Positions 11,816-24,130 of a stretch of 64,000 nucleotides of DNA are shown one piece after another. Every line of letters starts with the position of its first letter. Within the stretch, counting starts at the first letter, position 1. Source of the DNA: Lytechinus pictus (lineage: Eukaryota); NCBI RefSeq assembly GCF_037042905.1, contig NC_087251.1, positions 33,172,001 to 33,236,000 on the forward strand. Reading direction: 5' to 3'. The translations under genes were made by a program, and so were the position numbers. Under the pieces are notes generated by a model, which did not search any database, was not told the origin of the DNA, and saw only the letters and a program-made list of their open reading frames with translations.

Positions 11816-14569
11816 AACAGCAATGCCATGGTTGGATTTGAACCCAGGAACGGGGCCTTAAGAACGTTTTTTTTGGCTAGGGTGCTGGTTTTGAAGAACA
11901 ATTTAAAAAGCAAAAAGAAAAAAAGGGGGTGACTCCAAAAAGAAGGTGATTTGGGTCACGAATTATTTCAGAGGCAAAAAAAAAGTTTTCACTAAAAAAT
12001 ATCATGTGATTTTGACCAGGAAAATTCAGTGACAAGCAACAACAAAAAAAAGGGTTCTCACTGAAAATTGAACGTGATTTTGGTTACATAGTGTAAAGTA
12101 TATTATATTTTTTTAGCATATACCTACCTGATTTTCAGGGGGTGTTGTCTATGGTGAATAAAATACGCAGCAACCCCCCCCCCCCCCTCGGCAAAACATA
12201 GGTAGGGCCATGCCCACGACCCTCTGTTTCAGTCCGTACTAATCCACTGGGCCACAACACTCGACAAGGAAGAAGGGAAGGAGATGAATGAATAAACTGG
12301 TATCCAAGGATAATGGCCTCTAGAACTTGATGAGTAGTAGAAGGCAAGAATGAGAAATGAAAAAAAAGACGAGATTCGAAAAATACTGCAATTTTTTTAA
12401 ATTGAATGTGTACTTCGGCATAATATTGGAAACAAAAGGGTTCCTATGAATAATGATAAATTAAGCAACAAATCACCGTGTAACCAAGGGTTTACTGACG
12501 GTTGGTCTAATATCACTTGGTCTAATCTTCAGATGTGCTAAATAGACTAGACCCATTCTGGAAAAAGAGGCCTATATAAACTTTAAGAAGCATGTTGGGG
12601 TAAAAGTTGGAAACCACACTATTTCACACAATTCAAATATGCTGAATCTGATAAGATCGGTTCCCAAGCTAATTTCTCATGTTTTGACCACCTAATTTGC
12701 ATAAACAAAATGGCTGCCAAATTGACAATTCAGAATATTATTTCGACAATGTTCTTTAATTATATTAGCTTTCACAGACATGAATACTGCAAAATCCTGC
12801 ATACATACGTGTACCTTTCGGGAAAACTTGTTATTTTTGTTTGCGGCTAATTAATTATGCAAATTTATGCATATTTTGGATCATTATGCTATAATTTGAT
12901 AATTTCAGCTCAAATGTTTATATTTTTGGTACAAATAGCATTTACATCATTATAAATAATTGTACGGCCCTTAGAATATAATATCACAGTGAATAATAAT
13001 GTATTTTATTGTTTTTGAATTTCTTTGTATTTTGTACCTTTTATTTTGTACATGTTTTGTTATGGGATCTGTCAAATTATTGAATATCAATGGCAGAAAA
13101 TAATTAGCTTCAATGATTTGATTATGTAATCACTTTTTTATTCGCATATATCCATGGGCATAAACAGATGCACGCACTCCCACACCCACATCTGCATACA
13201 AAGGTAAACTCCTGCACGGAGGGCCTTCCCATTCAAAAGCACACTGGTGGAGATCCAACGAATTTCATGAACCTATCTGTATTCAAGCGAATGTCACTAT
13301 TAATTGCTTATATTTTTATTATAAAATGGTATCTTGAATTATGATATCAATCAATTCATTCATATTTACAATTTTAGATGATGAATTATTAAATTTGAAT
13401 CATAACAGTACTGTAATTCTCAACTCCTAATAGTCAATCAGTTGCATTTAATATCCTTTGGAGTAGTTATGTTCCCGACCAGCAGAATCTGATCACACAT
13501 ACATGTATATATATTTAGTGTGTTTTTCTTCAGCAAAATGAAGTGAAAACCGTCTGCTGAAAATGAGATGTCCTGTGTTTTACTCCATTACGCTCGTCAA
13601 ATTGTCCCAATATTGAACAAAAATTATCAGAACTTAACCCACATATAATCCATCTAATTTCTCATTTTGCCTATCAATTAGACCGTTTTCCGTGTTTTAA
13701 AAGCCAGACTGTGATGTTCTAAAGTTCCACAACGAATAAGTCACTGCATATCCTTTTAATAATTTTTTTTTTAATCATTGGACTTCATTAACGGATTACA
13801 TGTGCATCTCCATAATATATCTTTTCCAATGCAGTACTGCACCTGTCCTATCAATGATTGCCGCTTCATCCAACTTACAGGCATCCAGCTTCCCCCAGCT
13901 TGATATACATCTTTAGTTACATTCGGGGTGTTGAATTATCAAAGTCAGTTATCATCGATTTGGTGTTCCATTGGATGGCTTGATCAATAGGGCAGCCTCA
14001 TATTATAAAAGTCATTTTTAATTGTTGAAATCAAACAAATTTAGTACAAGTATTTTGCGGAGGCAGTTTGTATCGAAGTCATCGTGTTTGAGTTCTTGAG
14101 ATATGTCCGATTCTCATGTCACAGATCCATAGAGAAAACCTAAACTTTTGTCTTAAGAGAGAATCTGCTGTCTAACCAGATCTTGTTTCAGGTGTTAAAA
14201 TGCTCGGAGTGCACCTTTTCAATACCGCAGTGAATTGTGTAATGTCTTCTAGGCCATTTATCGAACTTTTAATATTCACACATCTTCATATCTTCATAAG
14301 ATAGACTAATTTCAAATTGATAACGAAGATATCTTTCAGAGGATGGTGGGTTCCTGGCATGTTTGGCGTTCCTGTAGGTGATTATTAATCCACTTGTTTT
14401 GATCGGTATTAAACCCAACAGCATCCAATAGCTTACCCAGCTCTGATAGGCTGCATGCGAGTCTGAGATATCACCATCAAAGTCTAGGTCGAGAATTTCT
14501 TCGATTGTAGAGCCAGGATTTCTCTTTCTATGAGGAAAGCAGTTGCCTAAGTTATGTTTGACTTGTCAA

Positions 14570-15310
14570 CCGGTTTTGATACCAGTGAACATGTCATTAT
14601 TCTTAGGAGACTGACAGTCTGTTTTGGAATTGATGATTCTGCACTCCGATGGCAGGTTTCCTCTTACCTTGCCAACAGAGCTGTATGAAGCTGTATTCAT
14701 TACTGGCATGCAGTCTCCTGTGACTACCATTTGATATGGAGTTCCTTGGGAGTCTGTCCTTGTACCCTGTTCTTCAAATTGTACATCACTCCTCTTGGCT
14801 CTGTAATGTGGCAACATGGTCTTGGTATACACTTCTATGCTGATGACATCCAGCTGTATACCTCACTTTTGATCCAAAAGGTAAATATACAGAGGTTCGT
14901 GCAGCTGCTGTTGTTGGTGCTGAAATTTGAGGATTCGATGTTGGATGAAGGTCAACTTCCTGGAGCCTAACAATAAAAAGCGAAGTATATTGTTCTGTCA
15001 TCTCCATATATATGCGTAATTATTATGACTACAACTCCAGTCTTAATAGGTGAGGAAGCTATATATCTCCAGTATGCAAGGCTAGATCTCTTGGCGTAGT
15101 CTTTGATAGAACAATGAGCATGAAGAAACACACATCACATGTCTGCCAATCTGCATATTACCTGCTCCACAGAATTGCTGAGATCAGACACTGTCTTACA
15201 TGAAGTGGTGCAGAAAATATCATCCATGACCGGATAACCTCTAGACTGCCACTGGACTTCTGCAACTGTCTCCATGCTGGTTTACCTTCAACATGCATCT
15301 CTAGCACTTT
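14570..15310 (+). pseudogene. Degenerate L2-clade reverse transcriptase fragment
   Basis: Frameshifted remnants of YGVP.GSVL, LFKLYITPLG, HFYADDIQLY, ARSLGVVFDRTMSMKKH...VCQSAYY and LDFCN. Confidence 0.8.
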
Positions 15311-15637
15311 TTAACCTTAGGACATACTGTGAAAATTTGTTCTGCATTGGGCAGTGGCTGGGCTGGAAACCTTGTTTTGCCCATGTTTTAACCATGGAGC
15401 TAATCTGTGTTTAGCCCCATGTTTTTATCATTTCCTCTTCTGTATTCAGTATCGTTCGTCAAAGAATCTTCCAAGGCAAGGATTGGATAAAAGATGTGGT
15501 TTTCAGTTAGCACTGTGATGGTTGACTTGGGGAAAATGTACCGTTGCCAAATAAATAAATAAATCGGTAATGACCAAAAAAACTAGTAAGTGATCCAGCA
15601 TGGCCGGAAATCTGTCCCGAAAGGTAGGGGGGGACAA

Positions 15638-17600
15638 CAGGGGCGGATCCAGCCTTCGCCAATGGGGGGGGGGCGAATTTTTTTTCATCCATATGTTAAT
15701 CCCCGATCGGCCGCTCGAAGATGATTTTTGTGTTTCATTGAAGGAGTAGTCCTCAAGGCCACTTTTTAGCTTTATTCTTTGATATAATTCAACATAAATA
15801 TATAATATCATAATCCTTATCTATATAATGCGAGTGCGAAGCGCGAGCAAATTTTTTTTCTTTTTTTTTGGGGGGGAAATTTTGTGTATTTTTTCCTAAA
15901 ATTTGAACATTCTGGGCAATGTTTGTTATCCTGAAAAAGATGTATACTAAATAATTACTTCGAACGCGAATTGCGAGCAGATGTTAACTGATGGAAAAGG
16001 TTAGCCATGAATACGTTACATATTTCAACAATCAAATAATGCGAGCGCGAAGCGCGAGCTTAATTTTTTTTTTTTTTTTGCCTAAAGAATGGAAATTTTA
16101 AGCACTTTTTGTAACTAAAACATATAATAGGTATATAACTAAACAATTGATGCGAACGCGAAGCGCGAGCGGAAAAGTTTGAGATTTAGACCTAAGAACG
16201 AGACACTCTATTCATGTTTTGTAAATCATGAAAAGGATGAGTAATTGGGGGCCTTCCTTACACCCGGTCCTAACATTAATAATGCGATTGCAAAGTGCAG
16301 CCATAAAATGTTTTTTTTTTTTTTTTGAACTGATTGAAAAGGTACTTGTTAAGGACTGCTGGCACTTAGCCATGAAGACGTTACATATTTCAACAATCAA
16401 ATAATGCTAGCGCGAATAGCGAGCTGAAAATTGTTGACATTTCTACAAAAAGAATCGAAAATTTTAATCAATTTTCGTAATCGTGAACAGGGTAGCTATA
16501 TAACTAACCAATTGATGCAAGCGAAGCGCGAGCAGAAAAATTAGAGATTTAGACCTAAAAACGGGACACTCTATTCATGTTTTGTAAATCATGAAAAGGA
16601 TGAGTAATAAGGGATCTTTCTACATTAATAATGCGAGCACAAAGCGCGAGCAGAAAATTGTTGATATTGTGATCTGAAACTGGATAATGATTTAAATAGA
16701 GAACAAGTTGAATATCTAAATAAACATGCGCGTGTTTCAGATTTAGACCTAGAATCTAGGCATTCTACACCTCTTTTATCGTGAAAAAAATGAAAAAGAG
16801 TCCATTTCAGCTATATATTTCAAGCACTTTGTAGGGAAATTGTGAGGTGGATATGGATCTCACTTAATAAAGAGCTGATATTTTTAATTGTTATTTGAGT
16901 TTTGACATAGGACCAGGACATCCTTGGGACATGTCATATGAAAATGATGACTATATTCCTATTCCTCTTGCTAAGCGCGAGATGAAACAAAAGGGACAAT
17001 TTAATCGTTAAATTATTAATATCTTATTTATTAATGCCTAATGAGGGCGAGAAATCTGATATTATGGCCTGAAAACTGGACATTTCAAGCAATTTTGTAA
17101 TTATGAATAGAATGCATCAGTCAAAATATTTTTTAACCATTAATGCGAGCGCAAATCGCGAGCCGAAATCTTTGATAAACTGTCATGAAAATCAATATTG
17201 AGACATACATAAATCGCCAATTAAAATGCGAGCGAGTAGCCAGCGCTATCTGATACGTTTTGACAATCAGACTTGATTTTTTTTCAAACTAAATGAAATA
17301 CAAAAAATAATAGGTACTTAATAAATCGATATTTGCGAGGGCTCAGTGCGAGCAGAAAATGCCAATATTCAGACCATGAAGCTTTCACTTTTACAAAGCA
17401 CTTTTTTAAAAATCAGTTTGTAAATCACACAAAATAATGAAAGTTCGATTTTCGAGGTGAAATGTGTAATGTATATTGACTTCCAAATTTTATATTTAAG
17501 CTCCATATTAAAAAATCACCTGACAGGCAATGCGAGCGCGAAGCGCGAGCGAAAATTTCATATAGTGACATGAAAGATTCTTTTTATTTTCCGAGTCTTC
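15638..17600. mobile_element. Non-autonomous element with GCGCGAAGCGC-bearing internal repeats
   Basis: Begins CAGGGGCGGATCCAGCCTTCGCCAAT; collinear with 1657-3250; internal duplication 16000-16250 / 16365-16610; right end not resolved. Confidence 0.6.
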
Positions 17601-18894
17601 CCCTCATCTTATTTTAGTCACTCTGGAAAATTTGACAAGCCCCCCCCCCAAAAAAAAAAGAGAAGGTTTTCACCCAAAATGTAAGGTCATTTAGTCCAAA
17701 AATTTATGTTTTATTTCGAATGTGAATGACGCATTTTTCTCCATCATAAAAGACCAAAAATAGTAGGGGGGACATTTGATATTGTGTCCCCCCTACTATT
17801 TTTGGTAGGGGGGACACGTCCCCCCTGTCCCCCCTGGGATTTCCGCCCATGTGATCCAGTGATACAGACCCTTTGTATTTATTACAAATTGTTCTTTGGT
17901 TAACTGCCATCATTGCAGTTCTGATGGAGCTGAATGAAAGATATAATTTTGCTACAAGGATAATAACAATGTACTGATACTTATATCCGATTGATAAACT
18001 ACACTGCGTAAATCATACGTTTAATTGATTATTTGATCTGTTATAAAACATTTTGATATATCTATTTCAAGAAATTTAAGTTCAGCATGATTACAGGTTT
18101 TCCAACTTCTAAACTCTTTTTTTCTTACGGGTTCATTGAATGTGGTAATTATCATGATTATAGGATCAGCATCAATGTTTTTATATTGGGCATGTCTACT
18201 ACATATACCTTGCAAGTATATTACGTTCTATATACAGGTGTGGGTGTGTGAGCATGTTTGTGTATTTGTTCCTGAGTACAATTAACAGTTGTGGCAAAAG
18301 AAGTTTATCAAATGATTCAATCATTGAAGCTTAATATTTGTCTGCCATTGATATTAGTTTTTTAAAGATCTCATATCAAACATATACAAAGCAAATGGCA
18401 GAAAATACAAGAACACAAAAGAAATATCAAAGAACAATAAAATACATATAAAAATTTACTTGAATATTATATTTAAGGGCCAAACAATTATCATAATGAT
18501 ACAAATGCTGTTTGTACCAAAAATTATAAACATTTTAGGTGTAATTATCAAATTATAGCATAATATTGCAAAATATGCATAAATTTGCATAATTAATTAG
18601 CCGCAAACAGAAATAACCAATTTTCCCAAATGGTACATGTTAAGTATGCAGGATCTTGCAGTATCCATATCGGTGAAAGCGAATATCATAAAAGAATGTT
18701 GTAGAAATAAGATTATAAATTGTCAATTTGGCAGCCTTTTGTTTATGCAAATTAGGTGGTCAAAACATGAAAAATTGGGTTGGAAACCGGTCTTATCAGA
18801 TTCAGCACATTCAAATTAGGTGAAATAGACCGGTTCCCAACTTTTACCCCAAAATGCTCCTTGAACTCAAGTTCTCCCCATATTGGTCTTGTCT

Positions 18895-19365
18895 AAAACC
18901 CACTTAGTCCAATTCTCATTTGGTCTAATGACCACAAGGTCTAATAGCCAATTAGTCTAATGACCACTTGGTCTAATAGCCAATTGGTCTAATGACCACT
19001 TGGTCTAATAGCCAATTGGTCTAATGACCACTCGGTCTAATAGCCAATTGGGCTAATGACCACTTGGTCTAATAGCTAATTGGTCTAATGACCATTTGGT
19101 GTAATGCCCAGTTAGGCTGATCGTCACTTGGTCCAATTTTCGTTTTGTCTAATTGCCATTTCGTCGAATGTATTTCATTGTCACTTGGTCTTATTGCATT
19201 TGGTCTAATACCAGTTCCTCTAATCCCCACGTGGTCTATATTCATTTTGTCTATATTGCAGTTGGTCTAATGTGAAGTTGGTCTAACTTCTTCGGCTAAT
19301 TTATACTTTGTCTAATTTCCAGACAGTCTAACATTCATTACGTCTACATATTTGTCTAATTTCCA
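18895..19365. repeat. 16-bp-period minisatellite (TTGGTCTAAT core; homogenised 32-bp dimer at 18920-19100)
   Basis: Alternating GGTCTAATGACCACTT and GGTCTAATAGCCAATT units, degenerating rightwards; the same motif occurs at 12500-12530. Confidence 0.9.
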
Positions 19366-19539
19366 TTTTAACGGTTGATTGGGCTATCCCCATTAGGCAT
19401 TCATACATACAGTTTATTCATGTTATTTGTGTTTTTATTTTTGAACCTGAACACTGTAGAAATTTTACATTGCATTGCATGTTGTCCGCTCTATAGGCCT
19501 TAAGTTATATCAGGCCTATCCATTTTCTTAAATGTAAAT

Positions 19540-20085
19540 GAGAAATGATGGGGAAGGAACAATAAAAAAATAAGAACAATCGAAAAATAAATTAAGAGGA
19601 AATGAGAATGATAAATGAAGAAGCCCTACATTAAAAGAAAAGTTGATGAAGAATAAGAAGAAGAAGGAGAAGATCAACAACAAGAAGAAAACGAGGATTA
19701 AGAGAGAGAAAAGGGGAAGAAAACAAGAAAGCAAAAGGGCAGAAAGGGAAGACAAAAAAGGGAAAGGGGAGAGAAAATGAAGGGGAATGAAAAGGGAGAG
19801 GGAAAAGAAAAGGGAAGGGGGAGAGAAAAGGAAGGAAGAGAGAGAGAGAGACAAAGAAGGAATTAAATGGAGAGGGGACAGAAGGGAAGAGAAAAGAAGA
19901 AGGAAAAGAAAGGAGATAGAGGACAGAAAAGGAAGGGGAGAAGTGAGAAAGAAAAAAAGGGAAATAAAGAGAGAGAACATGAAGGAAAGAACAAAAAATG
20001 AACGTCATTTTTTGTTATTTTGAGAGAGGGAAGAGGAAAAAAAAGGAGAAAGAAAACTAAAAAAATAAAGAAGGGTAAAAAGAAA
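19540..20085. repeat. Polypurine (GA-rich) low-complexity tract
   Basis: About 550 bp almost entirely A/G on the plus strand. Confidence 0.9.
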
Positions 20086-22032
20086 CATACGACATCGAAA
20101 AAAAACTTATCTTGCTACCACATACAAAACTGCAATTTCTTCAAATAAAATTATTGTTGGGAACAACATTCATAATCTTAGGAATCGCTTGCCCGTTGGC
20201 CCCTCCCCCCCCCCCAATCCATTTGAAGGCAGAGGAGGCGAAGAAGTAGAACAAAAACACAGAATGAGAAGATAAAGTGAATGACTACTAACAAAATGTT
20301 CAAAACAAAATTATATAAATATATATATTATATTTTCCGTAAAGTTCAAGTATCGTCCGTAAAGGTGAATAACAACTATTATAAAAGAGGTATAGGCCTA
20401 AACATGTTTACCAGATACCTGGCATATTTCGTCTGGGGGGGGGGGGGCAAGCGACAAGGATGAGCAAGGTGGGGGGTAGTAGGCATGGACGTATAGGCAT
20501 ATTTTTTTACAAAATCCTCAAAATTGGTGATAATCATTGCCCAAATATCAACAGTTTTTAATTTGCTTTTAATTTGTTCGCTCGCTTTGCGAGGGAACAT
20601 TTTTTCAATTATTATTTAGCCTTTTTACATGATGTGAAACGTGCAGAAAATATACATTCGGTCATAAAATTTCCAATACACGAGGATATTTGGGCACCTC
20701 GCAGTCCTCGTTGCCCTGCATTTTGCAGCCCATCCCCCCATACATGTTTGGATGTGTAGGTCTAGAAGTGGCACTGAAGTTGGGAAAGGTTACCCAGGGG
20801 GTGCCCAATAAAACAGTTGGGATCTTGCTACTACTGATATTTGCTATCGGATCGGGAACATAGGATAGAAAGGGGGACGGTAATAACCAGAGGAATGTGT
20901 AAGTACGGGTATAGCTAGGCCTTTTCCAGTGGTGGGGGGTGGAGGCCCTTGATTACCGACAGATGTCAGTACCGATTACCGACGTCCGACGACCAATACT
21001 CATCTATATCCAACCCAGGAGCAGATCCAGGATTTTCGAGGGGGACATTTTTGTTTACAAAAAATCTGACAAGCCCCACCCCTAAAAAGTCTTCACTTTC
21101 ACTTGCACGTGCCTAACAATTTACACTAAAATAATATAAAAATAATAATTGCGAGCGCGAAGCGCGAGCTGATTTAAAAAAAAATAGACCTAAAACGATA
21201 CATTTTGTGCACTTAATTATGAATAGGATAGGTATCTTCCTTGATAAATTATGCGAGCGAAAATCGCGAGTTAAAAGATTTGATATTGATATTCCGACCT
21301 AAGAACTTGATAATCCAAGCAATTTTTGTAACCGTGAACAAATTGGTTTCTAATGATATATTTTTGATTTTTTATATTCCGACCTGAAAACCGGACATTC
21401 TAAGCACTTCATTTAACTATGAACAGGATGGATGTATACCTAAACTGTTACATGTGAGCACGAAGCGCCAGCTGAAATTTTTGATATTCCGGCCTAAGAA
21501 CTGGATAATATAAGCACTTTTTTGTAACCGTGAAAAAATTGTTTTTTACTAATCAATTTACGCGAGCGCGAAGTGCGAGCTGAAAATTGTTGATATTTCA
21601 ACCTGAAAACTAGACATTTATCTTAGGTATCCAACTAAAAAAATTGATGCGAGCGCGTAGCGCGAGTGAAATATTTATTGTTAAAATTATGTTTCCTAAA
21701 AGTTGTTCTTTACCTTTTTCCTGTCCCTGGTCAGCCTAGTCCGCCCTCACTATCGGTACAGAGAGCTCTAAAAGTCGCATTGCGTAAAAATCACAATTTA
21801 CCGATAAAAGTGTACAATTTATTGACATTTACCGACAAAGATGGTGGAACTAAAAAACCGAATCAGTTGGAACAGTCCCGTGTGCCTGACAGTTTATATT
21901 TTTTTCCGACAGTCTGCTGTCCAGTTTTTGTTTTCCCCTTTCTTTCTTCTTTTCCCCTTCCCCTTTTTTCTTTTTTTTCGCTTCCTTTTGTTTTGCTCGA
22001 CTCGTCAGGGGGGCAGACTGCCCCCCCTTAGG

Positions 22033-22852
22033 CAGAGGCGTCGATCCTGGGGGGGGGGGGCAGGGGGCGATCGCCCCACCAATGAAAATATTGGGGGGCA
22101 AACATATCGTTTTGCCCCCCCCCAATAATTCCACATGCATGTGCAAAAATAAAATAAGATTGCAGTGTTACACAGAAATCAGCAAGCGAGATTGAGATAC
22201 ACAACTCGTTCTTTATTTAAAATCGTGCTCAAAATGTCCGTTTTTCAGATTGGAATATAAAAAATTTCAGCTCGCGCTTCGCGCTTGCATCATTTATGTA
22301 CCAAAACCCATACTTTTCATGATTAATTAGGTAAACAGAATGTACCGTTCTCAGTTCTAAACCTAAAAAGAAGTCCCGCTCCGATTTGCAATAATCTTTT
22401 GTTGAATATATATCTTGTTCTTTATTAAAAACGTCCATTAACCTGTCAATTTTTTTAGATCGAAATATCAAAATTTTCAGCTCGCGCTTCGCGCTCGCAT
22501 CTATTGTTATTTTAGATACCCATCCTAATCATTAGTACCAAAAATTAATCTTTCAGGTCAGAATATTATCAGTGTAGTGAGATATGTATCCTCCACATAA
22601 GTTACTGCTACAAACAGTCCTAAACAGATACCATTCCTGTTTTCAGGTCAGCATTTTAAAATATTTCAGCTCGCGCTTCGCGCTCGCATTAATTTGTTGG
22701 TGAGATATGTCTCCGAGTCTCTTTCTCATACATATATATATAATTAGGCCTGTGTGTGTGGGTGAGTTTGTTTGGTGTGATCGAGCGCTTTAGAACGATT
22801 CATAATTTTGCCCCCCCCCCCCCCCAATCTGAAAAATGGATCGACGCCCCTG
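22033..22852 (+). mobile_element. hAT-like MITE, 820 bp
   Basis: TIRs CAGAGGCGTCGATCC / GGATCGACGCCCCTG; perfect 8-bp TSD CCCTTAGG; an oppositely oriented sister copy lies at 29103-29886. Confidence 0.9.
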
Positions 22853-23204
22853 CCCTTAGGTACGCTATATAGTGCATTCCACCATTATAAGATACAAGTT
22901 TACCCATTACTTAGGATTTGTAAATGTGCATGCGGTGATGTAATGTTTATGAGTATGTTACAAATTTCAGCGTCATAGATATATCGATATAGGCCTAATT
23001 AAGAATTAAAGTTGATTAGAATAATTCATTCGATGAGCGACTATCTCGTCATCGGTAGTCCTTCACAGAGATGTTTTGCGCCCGCCACCAGCCTACCGGC
23101 TCGGCCCCTCCGGATCCTGCATGGCTTATTTATTTATCCATGACCATATTTGTTCATTTTAGATCTAATAAGTTATAATGAATGATTTTATATTAAGTTG
23201 GCAT

Positions 23205-23525
23205 CTGGGGGAGTTGTCCTCCGGGTGACCTACCGACTGGGGAAGTTCTTGGGACTTGTCCTCCAGGGAGTTACCCACTGAGGAAGTCGGTTATCTGGGG
23301 AGTTGTCCTCCGGTTGAGCTACCCACTGGGGAAGTTCTTGGGACTTGTCCTCCGGGGAGTTACCCACTGAGGAAGTTGTTATCTGGGGAGTTGTCCTCCG
23401 GGTGAGCTTCCCACTGGGGAATTTCTTGGGACTTATCCTCCGGGGAGTTACATCTGAGGGAGTTGTCCTCCTGGTAAGCTATACCCACTGGGGAAGTTGT
23501 CATCTTTGAACTTGTCCTCCGGATG
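23205..23525. repeat. G-rich minisatellite (~88-91-bp higher-order units built from GGGGAGTTGTCCTCC / TACCCACTG subunits)
   Basis: About 3.5 copies of CTGGGGAGTTGTCCTCCGG...CCCACTGGGGAAGTTCTTGGGACTTGTCCTCC...TTACCCACTGAGGAAGT. Confidence 0.85.
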
Positions 23526-23639
23526 AGTTTTTCCCTCATATTTTTCCCCAACGGGCAATTTTATATACAGTAAATGAAAACTTGTACGTTTACAGAAATA
23601 AAATTACATGAATTATACTCACATACTTCAGTAGCCGAA

Positions 23640-24130
23640 AGGATAGGCCTATTTCAAGGGCCTTGTTTTAAGTTGATACTTTCAAGTCTTCCTAGATCTT
23701 GTTTACTAATACCCCCAAGCAAGCACCCAGGGGCGGATCCAGGATTTTTCATAAGGAGGGGGCACATTTTCCCAAGGAAAAAATTGACAAGCAAAAAAAA
23801 GGGGGGGTTTGACAAGCAAAAAAAAAAGGTTTTCACTTTGGAAAGGGGGAGGGGCACACTTCTGTTTTAACGGCATTTTTACATTACAAATTTTAATTGT
23901 GCCTCTCAAAGGGGAGGGGGCACGGGCCGGCTGTGGCCCCCCCCCCCCCTGGATCCGCCAGTGCAACCACCCACCAAAGTCAAGCCTGGAGAGCACAAGT
24001 GCTCTAACAACATGATGACACGTGTCCAAGAAACTTCTGATGCGATTGAGATTGTATATTTGCCAGTTGAGAGTACGACACAGTTACATTCTCCGTCATT
24101 GTAATTTCACTATAAAAAACAACTCTTAAA
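23640..24130 (-). pseudogene. L2-clade RT C-terminal fragment split by a MITE
   Basis: Minus-strand YNLNRIRSFLDTCHHVVRALVLSRLDF matches the L2 post-RT LSRLDY motif; interrupted at 23728-23963. Confidence 0.65.
23728..23963. mobile_element. Short hAT-like MITE
   Basis: TIRs CAGGGGCGGATCCAGG / CCTGGATCCGCCAGTG; TSD CAAGCACC / CAACCACC. Confidence 0.8.

Larger units (their letters stand above)
12583..18865. mobile_element. ~6.3-kb foldback/long-TIR element (arms ~620 bp) holding an L2 relic and nested MITEs
   Basis: 12583-13200 is the diverged reverse complement of 18230-18865 (e.g. TTGCGGCTAATTAATTATGCAAATTTATGCATATTTTG / CAAAATATGCATAAATTTGCATAATTAATTAGCCGCAA). Exact termini and TSD not resolved. 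Confidence 0.75.

Noticed and set aside
18895..19365. Regular repeats resembling a CRISPR array
   Set aside because: The period is 16/32 bp, the intervening 6-mers repeat rather than being unique spacers, no cas genes are present and the context is eukaryotic.
19528..20023. Hydrophobic F/L/S-rich and K/R/E-rich ORFs
   Set aside because: They are translation artefacts of a GA-rich low-complexity tract.
20755..20905. Possible plus-strand exon (AG...GTAAGT)
   Set aside because: The frames I checked contain stops and no partner exons or homology were recognised.
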